Of a stretch of DNA of 64,000 bases, positions 41,232 through 49,690 are shown one piece after another. Position 1 is the stretch's first letter. Each line of letters opens with the position of its first letter. The stretch is from Ferruginibacter sp. (GTDB lineage: Bacteria; Bacteroidota; Bacteroidia; Chitinophagales; Chitinophagaceae), in assembly GCA_046329655.1 (NCBI GenBank), contig JAXLUD010000007.1, positions 52,282-116,281 on the forward strand, written 5' to 3'. Made by a program: the position numbers and the translations under genes. Under the pieces are notes generated by a model. The model made no database searches and had not been told where the DNA came from. It was given only the letters and a program-made list of their open reading frames with translations.

Positions 41232-42344
41232 ATGGCCAACCTTTCTTACAAGCATTTTACCCTGGGAGTGGAGGAAGAATACATGGTGATAGATCCCGTA
41301 ACCAGGGAACTGAAAAGCCATGAGCAGAAAATTGTGCAGGAAGGACATAAAGTGATCAAGGATAAGGTAAAGGCCGAGATGCACCAGGCTGTGGTGGAAG
41401 TGGGCACCGATATCTGCAATGATGTGGACGAGGCTTTTATGGATGTGGGCACACTGCGTAAAACCATCAGCAATATTGCCGGCGAACTCGGTCTTTGGGT
41501 AGGTGCCAGTGGCACGCATCCCTTCAGTCATTGGGAACGGCAACTGATCACCGAACACGACCGCTATAACGAAATTGTAAACGAACTGCAGGAAGCAGCC
41601 CGCAGTAATTTGATTTTCGGTCTGCATGTGCACGTAGGCATGGAAACAAGGGAAATGGCCATTCATATTGCCAACAGCGCCCGTTATTTTCTGCCGCATA
41701 TTTATGCCCTCAGCACCAACTCACCTTTCTGGGAAGGCCGGCAAACCGGGTATAAATCTTTCCGTACAAAAGTGTTTGATAAATTCCCCCGGACAGGTAT
41801 CCCTGATTTTTTTGAGAGCATTGAAGCCTACGATAATTATGTGAAGCTGCTCATCAAGACCAACTGTATTGACAATGCAAAAAAAATATGGTGGGACCTG
41901 CGGGTACATCCTTTTTTCAATACGGTTGAATTCAGGGTTTGTGATATCCCGATGACGGTACAGGAAACCATCACAATCGCTGCTTTATTCCAGGCCATTT
42001 GTGCAAAACTGTATAAGCTGCGCAGCCAGAACCTTAATTTCATGATGTATTCAAGGGCCCTGCTCAATGAAAACAAGTGGAGGGCCAGCCGCTACGGCAT
42101 CGACGGCAGCCTGATCGATTTTGGCAAGGAAAGCGAAGTAAATACAAGGGTATTACTATATGAACTGCTGGATTTTATTGATGATGTGGTGCCCCATCTC
42201 GGCAGCCGCCATGCCATCAATAATGTGCACAAAATGATGGAGACCGGAACCGGTGCCGACAGGCAATTGCAGGTTTTTGAAGAAACCCGGAACCTCGTGA
42301 ATGTGGTGGACCATATCCACGATAATTTTTTAGCAGGACTATAA
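41232..42344 (+). CDS. carboxylate-amine ligase, glutamate-cysteine ligase family 2 (YbdK-like)
   Basis: N-terminal FTLGVEEEYMVID and the overall GCS2 pattern (HVHVG, ...FWEGRQTGYKSFR..., WWDLRVHP..NTVEFRVCD). Confidence 0.85.
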   Translation: MANLSYKHFTLGVEEEYMVIDPVTRELKSHEQKIVQEGHKVIKDKVKAEMHQAVVEVGTDICNDVDEAFMDVGTLRKTISNIAGELGLWVGASGTHPFSHWERQLITEHDRYNEIVNELQEAARSNLIFGLHVHVGMETREMAIHIANSARYFLPHIYALSTNSPFWEGRQTGYKSFRTKVFDKFPRTGIPDFFESIEAYDNYVKLLIKTNCIDNAKKIWWDLRVHPFFNTVEFRVCDIPMTVQETITIAALFQAICAKLYKLRSQNLNFMMYSRALLNENKWRASRYGIDGSLIDFGKESEVNTRVLLYELLDFIDDVVPHLGSRHAINNVHKMMETGTGADRQLQVFEETRNLVNVVDHIHDNFLAGL

Positions 42345-42372
42345 TCGATTTGGACTGTAAGCATAAACAGGC

Positions 42373-42380
42373 TATATTTG
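42373..42380 (+). promoter_or_regulatory. Bacteroidota -7 promoter box TAnnTTTG
   Basis: TATATTTG lies 15 nt upstream of tRNA-Arg. Confidence 0.6.
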
Positions 42381-42394
42381 CACCCCAATTTAAT

Positions 42395-42468
42395 GGCTCC
42401 GTAGCTCAACTGAATAGAGCATCTGACTACGGATCAGAAGGTTTCAGGTTTGAATCCTGACGGGGTCA
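42395..42468 (+). tRNA. tRNA-Arg (anticodon ACG)
   Basis: Hand-folded: acceptor ggctccg/cggggtc (two G-U pairs), anticodon stem tctga/tcaga with loop CTACGGA, T-arm caggtttgaatcctg. Confidence 0.9.
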
Positions 42469-42482
42469 CTTTCTAATTAAAA

Positions 42483-42525
42483 AATCCCTTGCAAATCAAA
42501 TGTTTGCAGGGGATTTTTCTTTTTA
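42483..42525 (+). terminator. intrinsic terminator after tRNA-Arg
   Basis: 13-bp stem aatcccttgcaaa/tttgcaggggatt followed by a T-rich tract. Confidence 0.85.
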
Positions 42526-42794
42526 GGGTAATCATTGGGTAAACTTTTTAAAAAATAATGCTATAATATAAATAAACTACCTTTTGGGTTGACCCCATAT
42601 CTTAAAATGGATTTAAAAGGATTTTAAGCCAGTTTAAAATTCAGTATACTCAGTGAGTGGGGGGATATAGTCAATCAAGTTACTTTAAGCCGGAGGAGTT
42701 ATAACTGCATTTAGGTGATTAAACATAGAATCGTTTTATTACCTATTTTTGTTAAAGGTGAAGGACACCTAAAATATTATTCTTACTTATTTTC

Positions 42795-42906
42795 TGTACT
42801 GGAAAAGGTCTAAAATTTCAATAGAACAGGGAAGTATGGTAGGTACACGCAAAAGCGTGGACTTGCTATATTCTGTTCTATAGGGCTTAGACCCCCTTCC
42901 AGTACA
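42795..42906. other. 112-nt multi-stem imperfect palindrome (candidate structured RNA or DNA hairpin)
   Basis: Nested pairings: 42796-42804/42897-42905 (9 bp), 42807-42813/42887-42893 (7 bp), 42821-42829/42873-42881 (9 bp), apical cacgc-aaaa-gcgtg (42846-42859). Confidence 0.5.
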
Positions 42907-42972
42907 AATATGCAATAATCCACGCCTTTTTTATTTAGGGCATGGATATACTCAAATTTTAAAGATTTTTGT

Positions 42973-43329
42973 ATGTCTCATTTATTAGAAAACATTTTTG
43001 GCTTTTGCATCTTTTTGTTTGGCTTATGGCTTTTCTTTTTACTCATTTCATGGCTTTCCAAAATTAGCGGGAAAAGCCTCTCTCACAGAGGGAGTGAAAT
43101 TGTCAATCCAGATGATTTTGAAAATATTTTAAATATCCCCACAAAGATGTTAAAGAAAATAAGACAACCGCTATCAAATAAAGCATCAGAAGGCAAAAAA
43201 GAAAATAGCGATAAGAATTCAACTACTGAATTAGCGAAGTTTCTAAAAGAAATCAGCGAACTTAGAGATAGAAAATTAATCTCAGATAAAGAATATGAAA
43301 TTCTCAAAAAGAAAATACTTAATAGGTAA
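42973..43329 (+). CDS. small membrane protein with C-terminal SHOCT-like domain
   Basis: 118 aa; N-terminal TM (IFGFCIFLFGLWLFFLLISWL) and C-terminal ELRDRKLISDKEYEILKKKILN matching the SHOCT pattern. AT-rich codon usage. Confidence 0.55.
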   Translation: MSHLLENIFGFCIFLFGLWLFFLLISWLSKISGKSLSHRGSEIVNPDDFENILNIPTKMLKKIRQPLSNKASEGKKENSDKNSTTELAKFLKEISELRDRKLISDKEYEILKKKILNR

Positions 43330-43343
43330 TACAGCTTACTTAC

Positions 43344-43835
43344 TTATAAAAATTTAGAGACATCAATATACTTATTTAAAATTTTACCTTTTACCTGGTC
43401 TTTTTCAATCCATTCATAAGCTGTTTTATACAAAAAAATAAATTGTCTTTTAATTTCTTTGATAACCTCAGGCAACTCAGTACCCACACTATATAAATCT
43501 AAATCTGAATTAAACAACTGTAAATTACCAAATTGATTAACAGTCAAAACACAATTGATGTCCCTTTTTAAAATAACAGAATCATCCCCTACTTCAATTG
43601 GAGAATGAATTATGTAAGGAGTCTCAGCAACCTCTTTTGTAAACAAAAGGTTTTCTGAAAGAGTCTTTTTTGTAATCTTAGTAATATCCTCCCCTTCCTT
43701 TAAGTTAATAATTATTTCAATTATTTTATTTTTTTTATTTTCTTCAGCTTCAAATTCCTCAATAGATTTTGGCGGGATTATAATTTGAGAGAATTTTTGA
43801 GAAACTTTGATATTATTTCTGCTGCGATGCGGCAA
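43344..43835 (-). CDS. hypothetical protein, orphan (no ATG anywhere in frame; TTG start or 5'-truncated)
   Basis: 163-codon ORF in 25-30% G+C DNA with no internal Met. Its 5' end coincides with the islet boundary. Confidence 0.4.
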   Translation of the reverse strand: MPHRSRNNIKVSQKFSQIIIPPKSIEEFEAEENKKNKIIEIIINLKEGEDITKITKKTLSENLLFTKEVAETPYIIHSPIEVGDDSVILKRDINCVLTVNQFGNLQLFNSDLDLYSVGTELPEVIKEIKRQFIFLYKTAYEWIEKDQVKGKILNKYIDVSKFL

Positions 43836-43846
43836 CTATTTATTTG

Positions 43847-43860
43847 CGAAACCGTTTTCG
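43847..43860. promoter_or_regulatory. LacI-type operator-like palindrome
   Basis: cgaaaccgttttcg (12 of 14 positions symmetric, CG centre) lies 68 nt upstream of the lacI-family gene. A second accg-N5-cggt is at 43902-43914. Confidence 0.35.
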
Positions 43861-43927
43861 GCAATTGCGGCAGTAAACATATCTTTACGGCAGCATCATG
43901 TACCGTTTTTCGGTCTGATAACAGGCA

Positions 43928-44939
43928 ATGAGTAAACTAACCATCAAACTTTTAGCAAAAGAACTGGGGCTGGCGGTATCCACGGTATCCAAGGCTTTGC
44001 GTGACAGCCACGAGATCAGCGCTGAGACAAAAGCAAAAGTGCTGGAGTATGCGAACAGGCATAATTATGTGCCCAACCCCTATGCCAGCAGTTTGAGAAG
44101 ACAGAAGAGCCGCACCATTGCCGTGGTGCTGCCGGAAGTGGCAGACAGTTTTTTTCACTGGCGATTAACGGTATAGAATCCATCGCCAGGGAAAAGGGTT
44201 ATCATGTGCTTATCTATCTTACCCATGAAAGTGCAGAGCGGGAGGAAGTGATACTGGGCGAATTCAACAGCGGACGTGTGGATGGTATCCTGATCTCTGT
44301 TTCGCAGGGAACACGCGAGGGCAGTCATATCAGGAAGGCGCTGGGCTCAGGTTTGCCCATCGTGTTTTTCGACCGTGTTTGTGATGATGTGGAAACCGCC
44401 AGGGTATCACCGATGATTTTGAAAGCTGTTATATGGCCACCAAGCATTTGATTACTAAAGGATGCAAACGGATCGGTTACCTGTCCTTTTCCAAAAATCT
44501 TTCTATCAATCAAAAAAGGGAAGAAGGTTATTTAAAGGCGCTTGAAGACGGAGGCATCAGTCCTGATAACAGCCTGATGCTGGAATGCGGCAATGATGAT
44601 CATTCGAATTATACCGCTATCCTTAATTTTTTGAAAAGCAAGAGCAGGCCTGATGGTATCATTGCCTCAGTGGAGAAACTGGTGCCACCTGTTTATATCG
44701 CCTGTAATAAATTAAAACTGTCGATACCGGCAGACATCAAGGTAATCAGTTTTACCAATCTCGGCACATCCCCCATCCTCAACCCACCGCTCACCACCAT
44801 TACACAACCTGCATTTGAGATGGGCAGCAAGGCCGCTTCACTCCTTTTCAAGGGAATTGAAAAATCAAATTTTAAACTTGCCGGAGAAACAGTGGTAATA
44901 CCGTCTGCATTGCAGAAAAGGGAATCATCAGATTTTTAG
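43928..44939 (+). pseudogene. LacI family transcriptional regulator, disrupted by two -1 frameshifts
   Basis: The HTH part (43928-44176), middle (44206-44451) and C-terminal part (44433-44939) lie in three frames. Adding one T to the T7 run at about 44150 restores ADSFFSLAINGIESIAREKGYHVLIYLTHES. A second 1-nt gap near 44404 restores ...VITDDFESCYMATKHL. Confidence 0.8.
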
Positions 44940-44945
44940 ATGCGC

Positions 44946-46049
44946 TTATTTCAGTAATTGTTCCAGCTTTCTTTCCAGTGCAGGGCCACGCAGGTTCCGC
45001 CCTACGAGTTTGCCATCGGGATCTACTAAAAAATTCTGCGGGATACTTTGTATCTGGAACTGCTGGGCCACGGCATTACTCCAAAACTGCAGGTCGCTTA
45101 CATGTGTCCAGGTAAGTCCGTCGTCGTGAATGGCTTTTAACCAGTCGTCCTTATGACCGGGCCTGTCGAGCGACACACCCAGCACGGTGAAATTTTTATC
45201 CTTAAACCTGTTATAAGCTGCTACCACATTCGGGTTTTCCATGCGGCAGGGTCCGCACCAGCTGGCCCAAAAATCCACCAGCACATATTTGCCGCGGAAT
45301 GAAGAAAGACTGACTGTTTTGCCGGAAGTATCCGCCTGTGAAAAATCGGGCAGCATATAACCAGTTGCATTTTGTTTGGCCTGCGAAAGCACACCGGCCA
45401 GCCCGGTACTCATGGGAGATGCTTTTACATCGGCCGACAACTGGTTGTACAATGCATCTGCTTTCAGCACATCATCGGTTGACTGGTAATAACGGTAAAT
45501 CGCAAACGGTGTGATGTATGAATTAAGGTGCGTGGCTGCAAAACCATAACTGGCCGCAGCGGCTTTAGTAAATAATACAGAATCGTAGGTGGCGTTTTGT
45601 GCAAATACCGACTGGTAAGGCTGCATCAGCTGTGTGAATGCAGCAAAATCATCGTGTGCAGGCGAACCATTAATATCCAGTTTGTCGGGTGCCGCACTGC
45701 TGCCTTTTACCGTGATGATATTGTTATCAACAAAAATACTGGCATAGGGCTGCATGCGGTTGAACATCAGCAGGCGTATATCAGGCGACTGCATCTTTCC
45801 CTTCAGTTCAAATTTTTCCTTGCTGATGGTGGTTTCCATTTCGGGCATACCACTCTGCGGGTTTACCAGTGACACGGGAGTGCCGTCGGCATAACCTTTC
45901 ATTTCTCCCTTTATCAGGAAACCGTCTGTTGCAGCAACAACCGTTGCCTTTGTTTTTGTTTTAGCCGTTTTTGTACCCGGTTTGGGTTTTACAGTTCTTT
46001 GTGCAAACACGAACCCGGGGAGCAACAGTAACAATAGTATCCGCTTCAT
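44946..46049 (-). CDS. TlpA-family thiol:disulfide oxidoreductase lipoprotein/secreted protein
   Basis: Signal peptide; C-terminal thioredoxin fold with FWASWCGPC active site. Confidence 0.85.
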   Translation of the reverse strand: MKRILLLLLLPGFVFAQRTVKPKPGTKTAKTKTKATVVAATDGFLIKGEMKGYADGTPVSLVNPQSGMPEMETTISKEKFELKGKMQSPDIRLLMFNRMQPYASIFVDNNIITVKGSSAAPDKLDINGSPAHDDFAAFTQLMQPYQSVFAQNATYDSVLFTKAAAASYGFAATHLNSYITPFAIYRYYQSTDDVLKADALYNQLSADVKASPMSTGLAGVLSQAKQNATGYMLPDFSQADTSGKTVSLSSFRGKYVLVDFWASWCGPCRMENPNVVAAYNRFKDKNFTVLGVSLDRPGHKDDWLKAIHDDGLTWTHVSDLQFWSNAVAQQFQIQSIPQNFLVDPDGKLVGRNLRGPALERKLEQLLK

Positions 46050-46093
46050 AGTCTTTATTAATAGTGCAATTTACTCCGTTTTACCTATACGGT

Positions 46094-46918
46094 TTAACGG
46101 ATGATATTTTTTAAGAATTCTTTTGTGGCAGCGGCAATATCCCCGGCATTTTCAAGCACTTTAATATAAGCGCTGCCAATAATAGCACCATTCGTGTACT
46201 GGCTGGCCGCCTCAAAACTTTGCTGATCCCAGATGCCAAATCCCACCAGCACAGGATTTTTTAACTGCATATCATGCAATTTTTTGAAATAGTCTTCCTG
46301 CGCTTCAACTGGCTTGTTTTTCCCTGTAGTGGATGAGGAGGAAACGGCATAGATAAACCCGCTGCCCAGTGCGTCAATTTTACGGATGCGTTCCTCACTG
46401 GTTTCAGGCGTTACTAAAAATATCATATCCAGGCCCTGCGATTCAAACAGGGCTTTATACTGGGTTTCATATTCATACATGGGCAGGTCAGGCAGTATGA
46501 TCCCGTCGATCCCCACTTCTTTTGCTTTGGCACAAAAATTTTCTATCCCGAACTGCATTACAGGATTGAGATAACCCATCAGGATCAATGGTACATGAAT
46601 ACTGCCGCGTATCCCCGACAACTGTTCAAACAGCCGGGTGATCGTCATGCCGTTTTGCAAAGCCACGGCACTGCTGGCCTGTATCACTTCACCATCCGCC
46701 AGCGGGTCGCTGTAAGGCATGCCGATTTCGATGATATCCGCTCCACCTTCCTGTAATGCCTGCAACACAGCAACGGTTGAATCCGGTTTGGGATACCCTG
46801 CTGTACAATATATGTTGAGTACTTTTTTTGACTGGCTGCTGAACAAATCCTGTAAACGGCTATGCCCCCTGAATCCCCCTGCAGGGGGACTTCCGAAGCT
46901 TTCAGTATGTTGATCCAT
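46094..46918 (-). CDS. trpA: tryptophan synthase alpha chain (N-terminal 19 codons encoded by insertion-derived sequence)
   Basis: IYCTAGYP, IEIGMPYSDPLADGEVIQ and GFGI motifs. The only in-frame ATG is at 46918, 3 nt after the DUF559 stop. Confidence 0.9.
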   Translation of the reverse strand: MDQHTESFGSPPAGGFRGHSRLQDLFSSQSKKVLNIYCTAGYPKPDSTVAVLQALQEGGADIIEIGMPYSDPLADGEVIQASSAVALQNGMTITRLFEQLSGIRGSIHVPLILMGYLNPVMQFGIENFCAKAKEVGIDGIILPDLPMYEYETQYKALFESQGLDMIFLVTPETSEERIRKIDALGSGFIYAVSSSSTTGKNKPVEAQEDYFKKLHDMQLKNPVLVGFGIWDQQSFEAASQYTNGAIIGSAYIKVLENAGDIAAATKEFLKNIIR

Positions 46919-47394
46919 CTTTTATTTATTTGACAAGCTTTCGCTTAATTTAATAATTGTTGTTGTAATGGTTTTAGTTACATCCGGCAGATTACACCTT
47001 ACCTCTTCATTGGTAAAACGCAACACTTCTATTCCAAAGTCATGGAGATCATTCTCCCGTATTGCATCCTGCGCTTTTATATCCTGTCCTAAATGAATCC
47101 CTCCGTCAATTTCAATAACCAGCCTTAATTCATGACAATAAAAATCCGCAATGTACATCCATATGGGATGCTGCCTGCGAAATTTAAAACCCATTTTATT
47201 TGCTGATAAACAGTTCCACACAATTCTTTCTTCATGGGTCATGTTTTTCCGCAGGTAAGCCGCATTTTCAAAAATGGGTTTTATGGCAACAAAGTGCATA
47301 TCCTTTTTCATAGAGCAAGTCATTATGCACGAACAACAAAAGAGCTGTAAACCAGCAGGCTCTCTAAAGTCCCCCCACAGGGGGATTTAGGGGG
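46865..47394 (-). mobile_element. DUF559 cassette bounded by 28-bp inverted repeats
   Basis: IR-L at 46865-46892 (ccccctgaatccccctgcagggggactt) matches the reverse complement of IR-R at 47367-47394 (ccccctaaatccccctgtggggggactt) at 25 of 28 positions. The cassette sits exactly between the trpB stop and the trpA body. Confidence 0.5.
46922..47323 (-). CDS. DUF559 (Vsr-like endonuclease fold) domain protein
   Basis: LRKNMTHEERIVWNCL..FKFRRQHPI..YIADFYC...LVIEIDGGIH pattern of DUF559 proteins. Confidence 0.8.
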   Translation of the reverse strand: MTCSMKKDMHFVAIKPIFENAAYLRKNMTHEERIVWNCLSANKMGFKFRRQHPIWMYIADFYCHELRLVIEIDGGIHLGQDIKAQDAIRENDLHDFGIEVLRFTNEEVRCNLPDVTKTITTTIIKLSESLSNK

Positions 47395-48570
47395 TTACAT
47401 CTGCTGCATATACGTTGCCAGGTCCTTATCCCCCCTTCCGCTGAGGCATACCACCACGACATCATTTTTATTGAAGTTGATCATCTTGAGTGCATGCAAT
47501 GCATGTGCACTTTCCAATGCAGGAATGATCCCTTCGAGTTTGCAGAGTTCAAATGCCGCATTCAATGCTTTGTTATCAGTGGCGCTCATAAAAATGCCGC
47601 GGCCGCTCTCGAACAAATGTGCATGCAGCGGACCAATACCGGGATAATCCAGTCCGGCCGAAATACTGTGCGGCTCCACCACCTGCCCGTCTGCCGTTTG
47701 CATTACAATACTTTTACTGCCATGCAAAATACCCGGTGTGCCCAGTTGCGTGGTGGCAGCACTTAAACCGCTGTTGATGCCATGGCCTGCCGCTTCCACT
47801 GCAACCAGCTTCACCTCTTCCTGGTCTAAAAAATGATAAAATGCCCCGGCGGCATTACTGCCACCACCTACACACGCCAGTACATAATTTGGATTTTCGC
47901 TGCCGGTTTTTTCCAATAACTGTTTTTTAATTTCTTCACTGATCACACTCTGGAACCTCGCCACCATATCAGGATAAGGATGCGGCCCCACCACGCTGCC
48001 GATGATATAATGTGTGTCCACCGGGTTGTTGATCCAGTCGCGGATGGCTTCATTGGTGGCATCCTTTAATGTTTTACTGCCGCTGGTAGCCGGCACAACG
48101 GTGGCTCCCAGCATTTTCATTCTGGCCACATTCGGCGCCTGGCGTTCGATATCTTTTTCGCCCATGTACACAATGCACTCCAGCCCTTTCAGTGCACAAA
48201 CGGTGGCGGTGGCCACGCCATGCTGACCGGCACCTGTTTCGGCAATGATTCTTTTTTTACCCAGTCGCTGTGCCAGTAAAATCTGGCCGATCGTGTTGTT
48301 TATTTTGTGTGCACCGGTATGACAAAGGTCTTCCCGCTTTAAATAGATTTGTGCTTTATACCTTACACTCAGCCGCTCTGCCAGGAACAACGGTGTCGGT
48401 CTTCCCACATAATCCGTCAGCAATTGCTGAAACTCTTTCTGGAAATCCTCCGCATAGATGATCTGCAAATAATTCTCCTGCAGCTCCTGCACATTCGGGT
48501 GGAGCATCTCGGGGATATAGGCCCCGCCGAAATTTCCGTAATAGCCTTGTTCGTTAACTGTGTAATTCAT
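47395..48570 (-). CDS. trpB: tryptophan synthase beta chain
   Basis: From ATG 48570: [21 protein letters not shown]; PLP-lysine motif HTGAHKINN; GGGSNAAG. Confidence 0.95.
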   Translation of the reverse strand: MNYTVNEQGYYGNFGGAYIPEMLHPNVQELQENYLQIIYAEDFQKEFQQLLTDYVGRPTPLFLAERLSVRYKAQIYLKREDLCHTGAHKINNTIGQILLAQRLGKKRIIAETGAGQHGVATATVCALKGLECIVYMGEKDIERQAPNVARMKMLGATVVPATSGSKTLKDATNEAIRDWINNPVDTHYIIGSVVGPHPYPDMVARFQSVISEEIKKQLLEKTGSENPNYVLACVGGGSNAAGAFYHFLDQEEVKLVAVEAAGHGINSGLSAATTQLGTPGILHGSKSIVMQTADGQVVEPHSISAGLDYPGIGPLHAHLFESGRGIFMSATDNKALNAAFELCKLEGIIPALESAHALHALKMINFNKNDVVVVCLSGRGDKDLATYMQQM

Positions 48571-48697
48571 TTTACTATTTTTTACTTGCCTGCCGAAGCA
48601 ATGCGAAGGCATGGCAGCAAGCATTTGCAACTTTGTTCAGTATCGTTGTGTCACTAACTTAAACCTTTATCTTTTGTTCATCTTTTATCTTAGCATA

Positions 48698-48723
48698 GTT
48701 GCTGGTCAGGCGACCAGTAAAGG
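48698..48723. repeat. GC hairpin H1 (ctggtc-aggc-gaccag), inverted copy of H2
   Basis: gttgctggtcaggcgaccagtaaagg compares with the reverse complement of 49665-49690, gttgttggtcaggcgaccaacaacgg (about 22/26 identical by eye). The two loops are in opposite orientation. Confidence 0.6.
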
Positions 48724-48740
48724 CGGAATTGAACCGTTTT

Positions 48741-49244
48741 TTACTCTTCTAAATAAACATAATCCTCCCCATTTTCAAACCCTTTCAAATATTGACTCAT
48801 AATATCCTCTTTTGTAAGAAACTTATCTTCCATTAGCTCCCATGTAAGCCTAATTAGACTTAGATACAATGTTGTAAGAGATGGATTCAGGCAAAAGATC
48901 GAACAATAACGTGTTTTAGTGTTATACTCAAATGAATAAGTAATTTCAGTGCTCTTTCGAAATAAATCAATAACTCCGTCTATAAAAAACCCATCTGTTA
49001 TTAAGGGTGGATATTCGTATTTTAACCAAGATTTGAATTCATGAAAAAACAAATACCTTCCATTTTCAAATGCTTTTAGCCTCTCATAAAAACAAATTAA
49101 ATAATCAAGACAAAATTTAGTTTTCGATTTAGAGGTTTTAAAGTTCTTATAATAACAAGTAATATCGTTTGTTTTTGGAACATCGGTTCTTTGAAAACTT
49201 ATTTCAAATAAAAACTTACTACTATTCACTATTTTTTTTTGCAT
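48741..49244 (-). CDS. hypothetical protein, orphan (AT-rich cassette gene 2)
   Basis: 167 aa, ATG start, same strand as the trp operon, about 27% G+C (hand count 49021-49080). No recognisable motifs. Confidence 0.55.
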   Translation of the reverse strand: MQKKIVNSSKFLFEISFQRTDVPKTNDITCYYKNFKTSKSKTKFCLDYLICFYERLKAFENGRYLFFHEFKSWLKYEYPPLITDGFFIDGVIDLFRKSTEITYSFEYNTKTRYCSIFCLNPSLTTLYLSLIRLTWELMEDKFLTKEDIMSQYLKGFENGEDYVYLEE

Positions 49245-49314
49245 TTAACAAAATTTCGATGCACAGAATACTTACATATAAAACAGAACCCTTTTAAATG
49301 ATGAAAATCCTCAA

Positions 49315-49563
49315 TTATCTTTCAAGTTTATCTATCTCAGCTCTAATAGAATCGTAAAGCAAAGGAACGGTTTCGTAAAGTAAGTTCTTTACCCATTTAC
49401 CCTTATCATCTTTATATAAATTAAATGTTTCTTGCATTCCATAGCCGGCACCTAAAACAACTTTATACAACTTGCCATTAACCTTTATTCCATTTATCTC
49501 TATTTGATCATCTATAATATCATAATATCCGTTTCGATTTTCCTTTTCTAAATTAATATCCAT
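49315..49563 (-). CDS. hypothetical small protein, orphan (AT-rich cassette gene 1)
   Basis: 82 aa, ATG start, 70 nt upstream of the 167-aa ORF on the same strand. No recognisable motifs. Confidence 0.5.
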   Translation of the reverse strand: MDINLEKENRNGYYDIIDDQIEINGIKVNGKLYKVVLGAGYGMQETFNLYKDDKGKWVKNLLYETVPLLYDSIRAEIDKLER

Positions 49564-49666
49564 TGTTTATAATTTTTGAATTACCAAAAAACTTACACCA
49601 CTGTCGCCTCTATAGGACTTAACAAAACAACTTGGTCATTTTATTATCAAGATGCCATCCTTAGCC

Positions 49667-49690
49667 GTTGTTGGTCGCCTGACCAACAAC
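49667..49690. repeat. GC hairpin H2 (gttgttggtc-gcct-gaccaacaac)
   Basis: Perfect 10-bp stem; inverted counterpart of H1 on the other side of the two orphan ORFs. Confidence 0.6.

Larger units (their letters stand above)
42526..43840. other. AT-rich islet adjacent to tRNA-Arg (possible decayed horizontally acquired element)
   Basis: Hand count gives 25% G+C for 43381-43440 versus 55% for 44221-44280. The abrupt composition change at about 43815 coincides with the end of ORF 43344..43835. No integrase or att repeat found. Confidence 0.45.

Noticed and set aside
42795-42906. Integron attC site or retron msr/msd
   Set aside because: The ends lack RYYYAAC/GTTRRRY core sites and extrahelical-base geometry. 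No integrase or reverse transcriptase gene is nearby, and there is no flanking a1/a2 arrangement with a branching G context that I can identify.
48718-48740. tRNA-like T-arm fragment (ggcggaattgaaccg) as an att-site remnant
   Set aside because: Only a 3-bp stem can form, there is no acceptor-stem continuation, and there is no match to either tRNA in the window.
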